A stretch of DNA of 63,654 bases, filler included, from Octopus bimaculoides (Eukaryota), in the NCBI RefSeq assembly GCF_001194135.2. It is 6 parts of 6 records of this genome, joined end to end, with 100 filler letters (N's around TTAATTAATTAA, not from the genome) between each part and the next. Parts side by side here need not be neighbours in the genome. Positions count along the whole stretch, not along the records: positions 1 to 30,273 come from NC_068983.1; positions 30,374 to 46,797 come from NC_068985.1; 4 more parts are not named here. The stretch is one strand, 5' to 3'. Below the pieces are notes generated by a model that ran no database searches, was not told the origin of the DNA, and saw only the letters and a list, made by a program, of their open reading frames with translations. Positions 28,143-40,259 of the stretch are shown here, one piece after another. The first letter of the stretch is position 1; the number at the start of each line of letters is the position of its first letter. The position numbers and the translations under genes were made by a program.

Positions 28143-28349
28143 CAAAACGTATTAGGAGTTCATTAAAAATCATGTTTGGTAGTATATATACATATATATA
28201 TATATATACACAGAAGGAGATATATTTAAGAATTTACATTTTGTCTGTCTTGTGTGTAGCTAAGGATTGCTAGTGTGTAGCTTAGGAATTGGAAACGCTA
28301 CTTGGATGATTGCCTCATCCTATGATCCCATACACTCCACCAACTCATT

Positions 28350-28495
28350 GATCACAAACTTAATCAACAGTGTCAACAACCATATCCAATTTACAATGGA
28401 ATATAGTCAAGATCAATTTCCTTTTCTTCACATTTTTATTATGAAAAAAGCCACCATCATTGAAACTGATATCCACTATAAACCAATTGATTCCA
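28350..28495 (+). mobile_element. Penelope-like RT fragment (motifs 6-7)
   Basis: LINSVNNHIQFTMEYSQDQFPFLHI.I.K....IETDIHYKPIDS. Confidence 0.75.
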
Positions 28496-28605
28496 TGCTT
28501 CGACGAAGTTGTTTCCGGTATTGGAGTTCAAATTTTTGAACTGAGGAGAAGCAGAACTGACGCCAGGTCCTGCGTTCTAATAATAATAATACTAATAATA
28601 ATATA

Positions 28606-28927
<322 letters not shown>

Positions 28928-29016
28928 ACAAGTCACCTTAGATGTCAAGAACACTCCTAAGTATCCTAGCTGTCCCTAATAACACTGGTCTGTGTAGTTG
29001 TACGAAAGCAGGTGGA

Positions 29017-29270
29017 GGCGCAATGGCCCAGTGGTTAGGGCATTGGACTCGTGGTCATAGGATCGCGGTTTCGATTCCCAGACCGGGTGTTGTGAGTATT
29101 TATTGAGTGAAAACACCTAAAGCTCCGCGAGGTTCCGGCAGGAGGTGGTGGCGAACCCTGCTGTACTTTTTCACCACAACTTTCTCTTACTCTTTCTCCC
29201 TGTTTCTGTTGTAGCTGTATTTCGAAGGGCCAGGCTTGTCACATTCTGTGTCCTGCTGAATCTCCCCGAG
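29017..29270 (+). mobile_element. tRNA-derived SINE (family 3), 3'-truncated
   Basis: A box tggcccagtgg and B box ggtttcgattccc. Confidence 0.75.
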
Positions 29271-29372
29271 ATGATGGTCTCCATACATCGTTAGGCTCTT
29301 TCTTGACTTGTTGTCCATCTCCTTTAGTTCCTCCTCTGTCCACTTCGGAATTCCAGTGCCATACCGAACTAC
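29271..29372 (-). mobile_element. R4/Dong RT-thumb fragment
   Basis: LAVVRYGTGIPKWTEEELKEMDNKSRKSLTMYG. Confidence 0.75.
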
Positions 29373-29404
29373 TGCGAGTTCGGTTCCAGGCAGTGACCTG
29401 AATG

Positions 29405-29477
<73 letters not shown>

Positions 29478-29630
29478 TAATAATAATAATAATAATAACA
29501 TCGAAAAATACCTTAAGAATGAGAACCCAGTTTCGAAATTTTTCCAAGACACCTGATGAAGGCTGGAGGGTATATCAGCCGAAACGTTGTGTTAACAACA
29601 AACAATTTGAGGACAAATATCCATCAAATA
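29373..29630 (+). mobile_element. tRNA-headed HHR SINE, copy 2 (head truncated to the B box)
   Basis: gagttcggttccaggcagtgacctgaa, then (TAA)n, then the same body as copy 1. Confidence 0.8.
29548..29593 (+). ncRNA. Minimal type-I hammerhead ribozyme
   Basis: gacac CUGAUGA a ggctg-(10 nt)-cagcc GAAAC GUU gtgtt; 5-bp stem I, 5-bp stem II. Confidence 0.75.
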
Positions 29631-29634
29631 TAGA

Positions 29635-30020
29635 TTATGTACAGTCTGTTTGCGTTTGCTTTAGGGTATAGCGTCACATTCAGCGTCATCAACTTTCTCG
29701 TCCTTCTATCCAGAGTTGATATTTCCTCCTGAATCGATTCGAGGATGGACGCACTATATCTGACCACCGCAACTGCCCTGATATTCATTGTAGTAATCAA
29801 ATTCTTGGCATTCAGATTGGATTCCATCACCATTTCTTTGATTTTTTAAAATTCGCCTCGCTGACCTTGACTTTCATTTCTCTGTGCAGAATCTCATCCA
29901 CCTCCAAAACCCCTAAATATCTATACCTACTACCGTCGGGCTCACCCATGGTCTCTACTGATGGTAACCGTAATCCTCTGCAGGCTGCTTTCTTCCCTCT
30001 TTTCATATTAAGTAGTGATT
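29635..30020 (-). mobile_element. R4/Dong RT fragment starting at a (TAA)n array
   Basis: LNMKRGK...YRYLGVLE...SNLNAKNLI...AVAVVRYSA...LDRRTRKLMT...YPKANANRLY. Confidence 0.8.
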
Positions 30021-30025
30021 GTTGC

Positions 30026-30080
<55 letters not shown>

Positions 30081-30086
<6 letters not shown>

Positions 30087-30273
30087 TAGTTTTATTTTTA
30101 TAACGTGCTTTCACTTCACTACCGAGCGCAGCTCTGTGCACCTTGGGTATGTGCTATTATTATTATTATTCAGTAGTTTTATTTTTATAACGTACTTTCA
30201 CTTCACTACCGAGCGCAGCTCTGTGCGCCTTGGGTATGTGCTGTGGTTTGCTGTGGTGCTCTTATGTTTACTG
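30081..30273 (-). mobile_element. Two tandem non-LTR 3' ends (family C), each with a (TAA)n tail
   Basis: A unit of about 75 bp is repeated (30081-30154, 30168-30242). R4 assignment is from context only. Confidence 0.6.
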
Positions 30274-30373
30274 NNNNNNNNNNNNNNNNNNNNNNNNNNN
30301 NNNNNNNNNNNNNNNNNTTAATTAATTAANNNNNNNNNNNNNNNNNNNNNNNNNNNNNNNNNNNNNNNNNNNN
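30274..30373. other. Assembly join spacer N44-TTAATTAATTAA-N44
   Basis: The same 100-bp layout occurs five times. Confidence 0.95.
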
Positions 30374-30516
30374 TATATATATATATATGTGTATATATAT
30401 ATATATATGTGTATATATATATATATATATATGTGTATATATATATATATGTGTATATATATATGTGTATATATATATATATGTGTATATATATATGTGT
30501 ATATATACACACACAT

Positions 30517-30675
30517 TCAATGGGCTTCTTTTAGTTTCTGTCAACCAAATCGTCTCACAAAACTCTGGTTGGCCAGAGGCTATAGTAGAAAACATTTGCC
30601 CAAGATTCTATGCAGTAGGACTGAACCCAGTATAATGTGGTTGGGAAGCAAGCTTCTTACCAAACACCCATGCCT
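30517..30675 (-). mobile_element. SINE family 1, 5' part
   Basis: Matches in-window copies. Confidence 0.8.
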
Positions 30676-30885
30676 GATGACTTTCTTATTTAAAATATCC
30701 AAATATGTTTCATAAGAACATAGCATGGATTATAGCCCCTTCTGTACACTCTGTGTGTGTGTGTGATTAGAGATTCACATTTATGTGAAATGCAAAGCAG
30801 CTGAAAATGTACTCAATGTAGTTACATAGAGTTCACACAAAATTGTGACTCAGAGTTTCTCTTTTCTTTAAGACCAAGAAATATT

Positions 30886-31062
30886 AGCTTCAAATTTTGG
30901 CACAGGGCCAACAATTTTGGGTATAGGGTTAAATCGATTACATCAACTCTAGTGCTCAACTGGTGCTTATTTTATCAACTCTGAAAGAATGAAAGGCAGA
31001 GTTGACCTACCTTGGCAGCATTTGAACTCAGAATGTAAAGATAGACGAAATGCTGCTAAGGA
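30886..31062 (-). mobile_element. tRNA-derived SINE (family 2)
   Basis: Matches 47806-48022 and the 43-49 kb copies. Confidence 0.75.
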
Positions 31063-31072
31063 TGAAAAATAG

Positions 31073-31910
31073 AAGTGTGTACCCAAAAGAAACCAGAATT
31101 TTACAAAGTTACTTTAGTCACTCAGTTTTACATCTTTACCTTTTTATCACCTTCAAATTATTCTCCATTTGAAAGAGCACATCAATCCAGATGTGTTTTC
31201 CACTGTTCGAAGCAGTGCTGGAACTCTTACAAGGTGATGCCTTTTAACACTTCCATCATATACATTTTTCACCTCTTCCACATCTGCAAATTCCATAGCA
31301 CCAGCTTTCATTACCAGTGATGAGCTTCAAGAAAAGGTCCAGATCAACTCCCAACTGTTCTTTCAGTTCTCAACATGCATTTAGTCATAACTACTTTTGA
31401 TTTTCTGTGAGCAGGCGAGGCCCACATTTTGCTGCAACTCTTTTCATTCACAACTCCTTGCTGGCAGATGCTCCAGGACACTCCAATCATATCAACAAGT
31501 TCACCAATTGTTCAGTGGTGGTCCTCCAAAATCAGCTCGTGAATTTTCTTGATGTATTCATTTGTTTGGGAGGTTGACAGCCACCCTGAACAAAACTGGT
31601 TTTCAAGGGACAAGTAACCATTTCTGAAGCGTGAAAACCACTCATAAACCTGTGCTTTGCTCATGGCAGCACCTTTGTAAGTTATTTGGAGCATGACAAC
31701 TGTTTTAACCACCGTTTTCCTCAGCAGAAAACAGAATTTCACAGAAGCATGCAAAACAAAGACACACTATGTGGCAGTATGACCTCACAAGATGTCATCG
31801 GTCAGCAGACTAGACGTCTGAAAATTGCATCAAGTGGCTTCTAGTGGCAAAAGCCTGAACTACAATGGACTTGTCCAACAGAGAATGTTTCCACTTACTT
31901 TTGGATACCT
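31073..31910 (-). mobile_element. Decayed, internally deleted mariner
   Basis: MSKAQVYEWFSRF...RVAAK..PRLLT...ITGNESWCYG, then C-terminal FQHCFEQW...GE*FEGD. Confidence 0.85.
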
Positions 31911-32707
31911 CCTCATATTAATATATTGTTATTGATGTAAGAATATATTTGTTTTTGTGTATGCATATAGCAATAAGCTCACATAACCTCAACAGAATAC
32001 ATTTTAATTCATCTCACTTGAAATGTAACACACGGAATTGCTCAACAAATAACTATATATAATTTGACACAAGTCTCTAGCGAAGCAATACATTTGAAAG
32101 AATAAATATTTAAAGCATCAGATTAAATAAATGATACTTAGTTTTTCCTCACAACTTTGTTGTTTTTCTCTCTCTCATGATGTACAGAAATGCCTCAATA
32201 TACGAGTTAATTTGTTTGTAGACCACTCGTAAGTGAAAACTCATAAAGCAGAGTAGTAATTTCCTATAGCAGCAATGTTATAAATCGTAATTTGTTCCCA
32301 GAAAAATATTTTGCTAATAAAATTTACAATACTCATAAATAAATGGCAAAATAAAACAACAGTAGAATGTAAAGAATATTTTATGTAAAGTAAAAAGAAT
32401 TCAAGATCATTTGTAATAAAAAATATTATTATAATCGTTTCCTGAATCATTTTCACTTGCACTAAATTCATTCACACCATCACTTATAGACACAATCACT
32501 GATTCACAAGTACTCATAGACGGCCTTGTAGATTTCAATTTAAAAAACAAGTCTAGAGTTGTTTACTTAGAAGAAGCTTTTTCTCAGTCTATAAATTCTT
32601 TGGTAACATGCAGAAGCATTTAACATTTTTATATTTATTATAAAATATTACTCATAAACCCAGGGTTTCATAAAGTGGGTCCTTGTAAAGTGCGGTATTA
32701 CTGTATT

Positions 32708-33450
32708 TATGTTGGATTTCCCATAAATAATGTGGATTTTTCAATTGCATGAACTAAAAATCAGAGGGAGGTGAGACAAACTACCGACATCAAATTGCTA
32801 TAAAAGCAGGCAGTAATTTTATCTTATTCTTAGTGCAAGTTTTGAAGAGTGCAGTTCAATTTTAACACTTATTTTTTTCAAAGCTACAGTGGAAGTGACA
32901 AAGGAGCATATTTGACATATTTTACTTTATGAGTTCAATAAAGGCAACAACACAATGGAAAGTGCAAGGAATATTAATGCAGTATATGAGGATTAGACAA
33001 TAAGCGTAAGCCAGTGTCAACGGTGGTTCTAGAAATTTCAAGCCAGAAACTACAGCCTAGAAGATGAGCCTCATCCTGGAAGATCTGTAGACCTCAACAA
33101 GGACGTCCTGCAAACCCTGGTTGAACAAAATCCCATTGTAACTGTTGAGGAACTAGCAGAGAAGCTTGAATTTGGTCGTTAATCAACACCTGCATGCCAT
33201 GAGAAAAGCCAGCAAATGAGATCAAACTTTCCAAGTCTAATCACGTGCATAGAGTGAATGTGCACTGTTCTTTGCTGTCAGGCGAACCTTTTTTGGACCA
33301 AAGACAGTGGGTAGGGAAAGGAGAAACACTGGCAGCCCAGGCTAAAGCAGGTCTTCACCCACATAAGGTGTTGTTATCTGTTTGGTGGGATATGAAAGGT
33401 TTAGTCTACTTTGAACTTTTAAACCAAATGATAACAAAGGAGATCTAACC
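32708..33450 (+). mobile_element. Decayed cecropia/Hsmar1-like mariner fragment
   Basis: HILLYEFNKG...QCQRWF.KF...SLEDEPHPGR...TVEELAEKL, and LHPHKVLLSVWWDMKG. Confidence 0.85.
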
Positions 33451-33480
33451 CTTTCATTACTAAATTTCTATTGGCACTTT

Positions 33481-33717
33481 TTTTGTCTTTTATCTTTTAA
33501 TTGTTTCAATCATTAGACTGCAGCTATGCTGGGGCACTGCCTTGATGAATTTTTAGTCGAATGAATCAACTGCAGTACTTAATTTTGTAAAGCCTAGTTG
33601 TCATTGTATCGGTCTCTTTTGCCAAACTGCTAAGTTACAGAGATGTAAACACACCAACACCAGTTGTCAAGCAGTGGTAAGGAACAGATATAGACTCAAA
33701 GACACACACATACACGC

Positions 33718-33781
<64 letters not shown>

Positions 33782-33930
33782 CAGGCTTTTTTCAGTTTCC
33801 GTCTACCAAATCCACTCACAAGGCTTTGGTCAGCCTGAGGCTATAGTAGCAGAAACTTGCCCAAGGTGCCATGCATTGGGACTGAATCCAGAACCACGTG
33901 GTTGGGGAGCAAGTTTCTTACCACACAGCC
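33481..33930 (-). mobile_element. SINE family 1, full length
   Basis: Head, core, (TG)n and tail all present. Confidence 0.88.
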
Positions 33931-35739
33931 TATTATTGACTTTGGTTTCAGTTAATTTTTAAAATGTGGAATTCAGTAAAATAACATTGTCATAGTTAAG
34001 GTGGTGTTTGGAGCAAAAATTAACATGTAGTTTTGATGGAAGTCTTTACTTAAGAACATTTTGAAACAGAAAGTTTGTATCTTAGAACCACAGGTAATCT
34101 CAAGCAGGTTGGTATCAAAAGGGTGAAATCTGTCACTGAATATCACCTGTTTGATATCCCAAATTTTAGAAGAACATGCTAGTAATAAAAACAGAATAAT
34201 TGACGGACTGAAGCACATATTGAACACATCTTCTGCCAATTACTCCAATAAGGTTTGGTCCATCAGATTTGAGCAGTGGAATCCAAAAACAAATTCAATT
34301 AATCGCATGACTCTTTAAAGGCATCTGAAAATCCTCATTAGCAGTTTCCATAAACAGGATTACATATTTTTGTTGTCTCATTGTCTGATTAATTCTTTGA
34401 GTGGGCGGGTGTGAGGGAGTGTGTGGGTGGGTGTGAGAGTGTGGGTGTGTGTGAGTGGGAGGTGGCGGGGTAGGAGTGCATTTTCGTTTTGTGCGTTTAT
34501 GTGTGTATACAGAAGTAGGCTTTGTTTTGTTTCTTCAAATTGTTTGAAAGCAATCAATTTCAGCTGTTTAAATTGCAGCTACAGTTTACAAACACCCTTA
34601 AAAATGATGTTTATTTACCAAATTTCTGAATCATTGTTGTTTGGTTAATAAGCTGGCTGATTTAGAGGAAGTGTTTTACTTTATATTATAATGGAAACAA
34701 ATAAAAGATTATTAAAAAATATATATATATATATTGTGAAAGAATAAATAAATAAATAAATATATGTATGTATATATATATATATTATGAAAGAATAAAT
34801 ATATATATTTTATGATAGAATAAAAATTATAAAAGAATTTTTAAAATCCATTGATTTTAATGTTGCAATTTCCTTTTTAAAATTACTGCTTATAATTTGT
34901 GATGTATCTCGTTTCTTTATTCCTTTATTTACACTTCCAATTTTTCTCATGAATTCTTTATGCAAAAAAATGTAAAAAGGATAATAAAAGTTTGATTAAT
35001 TGATACATGATATAACCAACCTCCTAACCAAACCCTATAAGGAAATTCTCTTTCATATTCCCGCCCTAAAGCACATGAGATATATATATACGCATGTGTT
35101 TATATATATATGTTTATATATATATAGATATATACATAAAGTAAAAAAAGGGTTAAAGCAAGTCCTTTTTGTATCCATAAAATGCAGCCTATTTTTTTAA
35201 AGAGAATAGTAGAGGTTTCTGGTATAAATCAGATAGGATTAAATAAAATTGATCTTAAGGAGGGGCAGAATATAAGGATGTTGTTGGTTCTAATCTATAT
35301 GTAGAGGAAATTCCTGCATCATTCCTTACATTTATGTTTATCATTTTTCCATAAATGGATCTTTCATATATTTCATAAATGAAGTCATTAAAATTGCCAA
35401 TACTTATTATTACATCAACTATATAGAGATGAAAGACTAAGCTGAACTTAGGTAGACTTAGATCTAAAGAACCATAGACCAGAAATTTGTTATTGTTGTT
35501 TGTATTATTGTTGTTGTTATTGTTTAGTTCCATGCCAGTACTGAAAGAGCAGCTCTATGGGCAAAAGTATTCTATCCATGACCAGTACATCTTTTTATTG
35601 TCTTAATTTTGGGGTGATGGGGTTATCAGCATCTTTATTGTCCAGTATATCTGTGTGATCCCTGGAAATTAGGCTGCTATTTCTAGTAGGCTTAGCAACC
35701 ATGTAAATGTTCCCTCACTAGTTCAACTACAAACTGGTT

Positions 35740-35860
35740 CATTTAACATCGTCCTTCCATGCTGGAATAGGTTGACCGGTTTGACAGGAGTTGGCTAGGC
35801 AGAAGTCTGCACCATACTTCTGTGTCTGTTTTGGCATGGTTTTTGGCATGCCCTTCCTAA
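35740..35860 (-). mobile_element. RTE-type 3' end fragment
   Basis: tttaacatcgtccttccatgctgg...cccttcctaacgtcaacc; recognised from memory only. Confidence 0.45.
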
Positions 35861-36059
35861 CGTCAACCTACAATGTCATTCTAAAAGTTTACAAACACAC
35901 CATTGAAATCTCAAAGCTACAAGATAATGCATGATTAATTCAAAAAATACGAATAAATAAGCAATACATTTGACAAAGAAATGTATATGTTAAAGGGTAA
36001 AGTATCAATAACTACAATCTTTTGTACCTAGTTCATCAGTTCTTTGAAAGGAAACCCTA

Positions 36060-36190
36060 GATGATGGTTCCAGGTTCAGTCCCACTACAAGGCACCTTGT
36101 GGATTCTTGGGCAAGTGTCTCCTATAGCCTCAGGCTAACCAAAGTCCTGTGAGTGGATTTAGTAAACGGAAATTGAAAGAAGTTCATATG
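36060..36190 (+). mobile_element. SINE family 1 fragment
   Basis: Matches in-window copies. Confidence 0.75.
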
Positions 36191-37440
36191 TATATATATA
36201 TATATATATCGTTAAATGGTCTTACCGTTAAAGGTTTTTTTCATACTGAACTACTTGGCAAAATTGTTAATTATTAATTCTATTATTAATTGACGATTCC
36301 CTGCCCTCATTTCTTGTATATATATATATATATATATATATTGAAAAAAAAGTCGTCAGAATTTTGCAATCAATAAAATAAAAAAATAAAAAGCTACATT
36401 TAACTACCCTCTGGACAATGTCCCAACAATATTATCAGAACCTTAAATATTCTGATGATNNNNNNNNNNNNNNNNNNNNNNNNNNNNNNNNNNNNNNNNN
36501 NNNNNNNNNNNNNNNNNNNNNNNNNNNNNNNNNNNNNNNNNNNNNNNNNNNNNNNNNNNNNNNNNNNNNNNNNNNNNNNNNNNNNNNNNNNNNNNNNNNN
36601 NNNNNNNNNNNNNNNNNNNNNNNNNNNNNNNNNNNNNNNNNNNNNNNNNNNNNNNNNNNNNNNNNNNNNNNNNNNNNNNNNNNNNNNNNNNNNNNNNNNN
36701 NNNNNNNNNNNNNNNNNNNNNNNNNNNNNNNNNNNNNNNNNNNNNNNNNNNNNNNNNNNNNNNNNNNNNNNNNNNNNNNNNNNNNNNNNNNNNNNNNNNN
36801 NNNNNNNNNNNNNNNNNNNNNNNNNNNNNNNNNNNNNNNNNNNNNNNNNNNNNNNNNNNNNNNNNNNNNNNNNNNNNNNNNNNNNNNNNNNNNNNNNNNN
36901 NNNNNNNNNNNNNNNNNNNNNNNNNNNNNNNNNNNNNNNNNNNNNNNNNNNNNNNNNNNNNNNNNNNNNNNNNNNNNNNNNNNNNNNNNNNNNNNNNNNN
37001 NNNNNNNNNNNNNNNNNNNNNNNNNNNNNNNNNNNNNNNNNNNNNNNNNNNNNNNNNNNNNNNNNNNNNNNNNNNNNNNNNNNNNNNNNNNNNNNNNNNN
37101 NNNNNNNNNNNNNNNNNNNNNNNNNNNNNNNNNNNNNNNNNNNNNNNNNNNNNNNNNNNNNNNNNNNNNNNNNNNNNNNNNNNNNNNNNNNNNNNNNNNN
37201 NNNNNNNNNNNNNNNNNNNNNNNNNNNNNNNNNNNNNNNNNNNNNNNNNNNNNNNNNNNNNNNNNNNNNNNNNNNNNNNNNNNNNNNNNNNNNNNNNNNN
37301 NNNNNNNNNNNNNNNNNNNNNNNNNNNNNNNNNNNNNNNNNNNNNNNNNNNNNNNNNNNNNNNNNNNNNNNNNNNNNNNNNNNNNNNNNNNNNNNNNNNN
37401 NNNNNNNNNNNNNNNNNNNNNNNNNNNNNNNNNNNNNNNN

Positions 37441-37697
37441 NGCCAGTCCAGGGGCACTGGCAACGATCTCGCTCGAAAATCCTACAGGAGCCAGTCAGGC
37501 GGTACTGGCAACGGCCACGCTCAAAATGGTGCATCTCATGTGCCACCCGCACAAGAACCAGTCCAGGGGCACTGGCAACGATCTTACTTGGCTTGCCGGG
37601 TCTTCTCACGCACAGCACATTTCCAAAGGTCTCGGTCCGTAGTCATCGCCTCGGTGAGGCCCAATGTACGAAGGTCTTGCCTCACCACCTCAGCCTG
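37441..37697 (-). mobile_element. RTE-clade LINE C-terminus with minisatellite 3' UTR
   Basis: AEVVRQDLRTLGLTEAMTTDRDLWKCAVREKTRQAK*, then three cgttgccagt...gactgg units running into a gap. Confidence 0.75.
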
Positions 37698-37879
37698 ATA
37701 GATAGATATAGATATATATATATACATAATATATATATGTATATATATAGATAGATAGATATAGATATATATGTATACATAATATATATAAACATAATTA
37801 AGGGATCAGCAACAGTTGCTTCACCACATACCGAAGTTCAGAAATAGCAGCTAAAGTGCTGAAACTCCAACAGATAGTA

Positions 37880-37924
<45 letters not shown>

Positions 37925-37959
37925 CATAATATATATATATGTATGTATACATATATATA

Positions 37960-37990
<31 letters not shown>

Positions 37991-38176
37991 GTTAAAATAA
38001 CCACCTTAAGGGATAGAAAATATGGTTTGTTACCTATTCTTTTGTTGTGAAAAGTAATATTCGTAAATTAATAGGTTTAAATATAAACTTTGGCTAATAA
38101 ATATCCAAATTAAATCCAGAAAATGGAGAAGTAGCATTAATATAATTTATTAACTGCAAAAATTCAACATATTCAA

Positions 38177-38258
38177 CTCTTACAGCTGTTTCGATTTTGC
38201 CCCCCAAAATTAAATTCCAATAATTAAAACATTTTATAGGGCAAAATCTCGTCAGAGG
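38177..38258 (-). ncRNA. Type-I hammerhead ribozyme motif
   Basis: cct CUGACGA gattttgccc-(loop)-gggcaaaatc GAAAC agct GUA agag. Perfect 10-bp stem II and ACAGCUGU palindrome; stem I weak. Confidence 0.7.
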
Positions 38259-38334
38259 ATTAAAAAAGACATATCGTTAAGTCATTACATGTTATTCTTC
38301 CAAAACATCTCAGCAGACAAGATTTTGCCCCAAA

Positions 38335-38366
<32 letters not shown>

Positions 38367-38484
38367 GTATATATATATATANNNNNNNNNNNNNNNNNNN
38401 NNNNNNNNNNNNNNNNNNNNNNNNNNNNNNNNNNNNNNNNNNNNNNNNNNNNNNNNNNNNNNNNNNNNNNNNNNNNNNNNNTAT

Positions 38485-38630
38485 GAAGGGGCTCTACCAA
38501 ATCAACTCTCAAGGCTTTGGTTGGCCCAAGGCAAAAGCAGAAGACACTTCCCCAAGATGCCATGCAGTGAAACTGAACCCGGAACCATATAGTTTGAAAG
38601 CAAGCTTTTCCTCACACAGTCATGCCTGCA
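38485..38630 (-). mobile_element. SINE family 1, 5' part
   Basis: Matches in-window copies. Confidence 0.75.
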
Positions 38631-39338
38631 TCTGTGAAAGCTATTTTCTTCCCATTGAATTCCATGTTAAATAAAAGTCAATGAACATGAAATCAATAGG
38701 AAAATAGTTTTCCCCATTATGGATTTCCATGTTACATCAAGAGTTTTATTAATTCTTCTGTAACACAGTATGGGATGGCATGTCTGCATATGGTTAAAAA
38801 AAAACTGCAAAACAAGCAAACGATGTCAGAAAAGTTGAATGGAAAGTTAACTTCACAATAATGTGACACAATATTGTAATTATGTAAGATTATTTTACCC
38901 TCTCTCTCCTTCACTCTCTCTCTACCCCAGCTTATGTACTTAAATATACAGATTATATAACCCAGAAATTGATTGACACACTCCTTTCAACGTCTCTTTC
39001 TCCCATTCTTGCACTTCTGTTTTATGTTAAAAGTTTTGTCTATTGAAGTAAATACATTTACGACTCTCTTCTTTAAAGATTTATACACACAGGCATAGAT
39101 TCATGTTTATAGATGCAGCTGTGCATGTGTGTGTGTGTGTTTATTTCTCCACTGGAAACAAAATTTAAATGAACCTCAGTATTTATTAGACACATTATTT
39201 AACTTCGGTATATGTGTGTGTGTGTATGTGTGTGTGGACATATGTATGTATGTGTGTATACATACACACACATACATACATACATATATATGTGTGTATG
39301 TGTATATATATGTATACTTATATATATGCATACATACA

Positions 39339-39370
<32 letters not shown>

Positions 39371-39398
39371 CAGATAAAGATAGATATAGCTGGTTTCT

Positions 39399-39454
39399 GG
39401 GTTACCCTGAGCTTCATGTCCATAAAGCTCTTAGCTTTACGATTCTTCAGACCT
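39399..39454 (-). ncRNA. Hammerhead motif, unit 1 (GAAG lesion)
   Basis: aggt CUGAAGA atc gtaaagct-aag-agctttat ggacat GAAGC tcagg GUA accc. Confidence 0.6.
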
Positions 39455-39525
39455 AAGGCCTCTCTAAGAAATATATATATATGAAAGGGACTCTAACTTC
39501 AGTATGTGTATGTGTGTATGTGTAC

Positions 39526-39606
<81 letters not shown>

Positions 39607-39678
39607 TATATATATATATACATATATACATACATACATACATACATGTATAGATAAAGATACATATGGCCAGTTTAT

Positions 39679-39736
39679 GGGTGACCCTGGGTTTCATATC
39701 CATAAAGCTCTTAGCTTTACAGCATTTATCAGACCC
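39679..39736 (-). ncRNA. Hammerhead motif, unit 2 (G8A lesion)
   Basis: gggt CUGAUAA atgct gtaaagct-aag-agctttat ggatat GAAAC ccagg GUC accc. Confidence 0.6.
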
Positions 39737-39789
39737 TAGGCCCTTGGACTCTCTAGCAAGTATATATATATGAAAGGGTCTCTAACGGT

Positions 39790-40135
39790 CTCTTTAGCCA
39801 AACCACTAAGTTACGGGGACGCAAGCACACCACAATCGGTTGTCAAGCAATATTGGGGGAGGGACAAACACAGACACACCAACATATACACACACATACA
39901 TATATATATGCATATATACAACAGGCTTCTTTCAGTTTCCATCTACCAAATCCACTCACAAGGCTTTGGTCGGCCCGAGGCTATAGTAGAAGATGCTTGC
40001 CCAAGGTGCCACNNNNNNNNNNGGTCGGCCCGAGGCTATAGTAGAAGATGCTTGCCCAAGGTGCCACACAGTGGGAATGAACCCAGAACCATGTAGTTGG
40101 TAAGCAAGCTACTTACCACACAGCCACACCTGCGT
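39790..40135 (-). mobile_element. SINE family 1 with a duplication of about 43 bp across a 10-N gap
   Basis: Matches in-window copies; the duplication is probably a contig overlap. Confidence 0.85.
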
Positions 40136-40259
40136 ATATACATTTTTTGCATTACAACTCACCATGTGGAGATAATCGAAATTCCCCCCTTCCCTTTTCT
40201 TACTATATATATATATATATATATGTACACACACACACATACACACACATACACACAGA

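Larger units (their letters stand above)
39370..39785 (-). mobile_element. Retrozyme-like tandem of two units of about 125 bp separated by microsatellite, each with an HHR
   Basis: Units at 39370-39497 and 39650-39787; cleavage triplets 280 nt apart. Confidence 0.7.

Noticed and set aside
28545-28580. CUGAGGA plus hairpin just upstream of the HHR-SINE
   Set aside because: GAAA half absent; cannot be told from chance.
35255-35533. 92-aa ORF or possible short exon
   Set aside because: No motif recognised; starts in a microsatellite.
39966-40065. Tandem duplication inside a SINE
   Set aside because: Identical copies straddle a 10-N gap; most likely a contig overlap.
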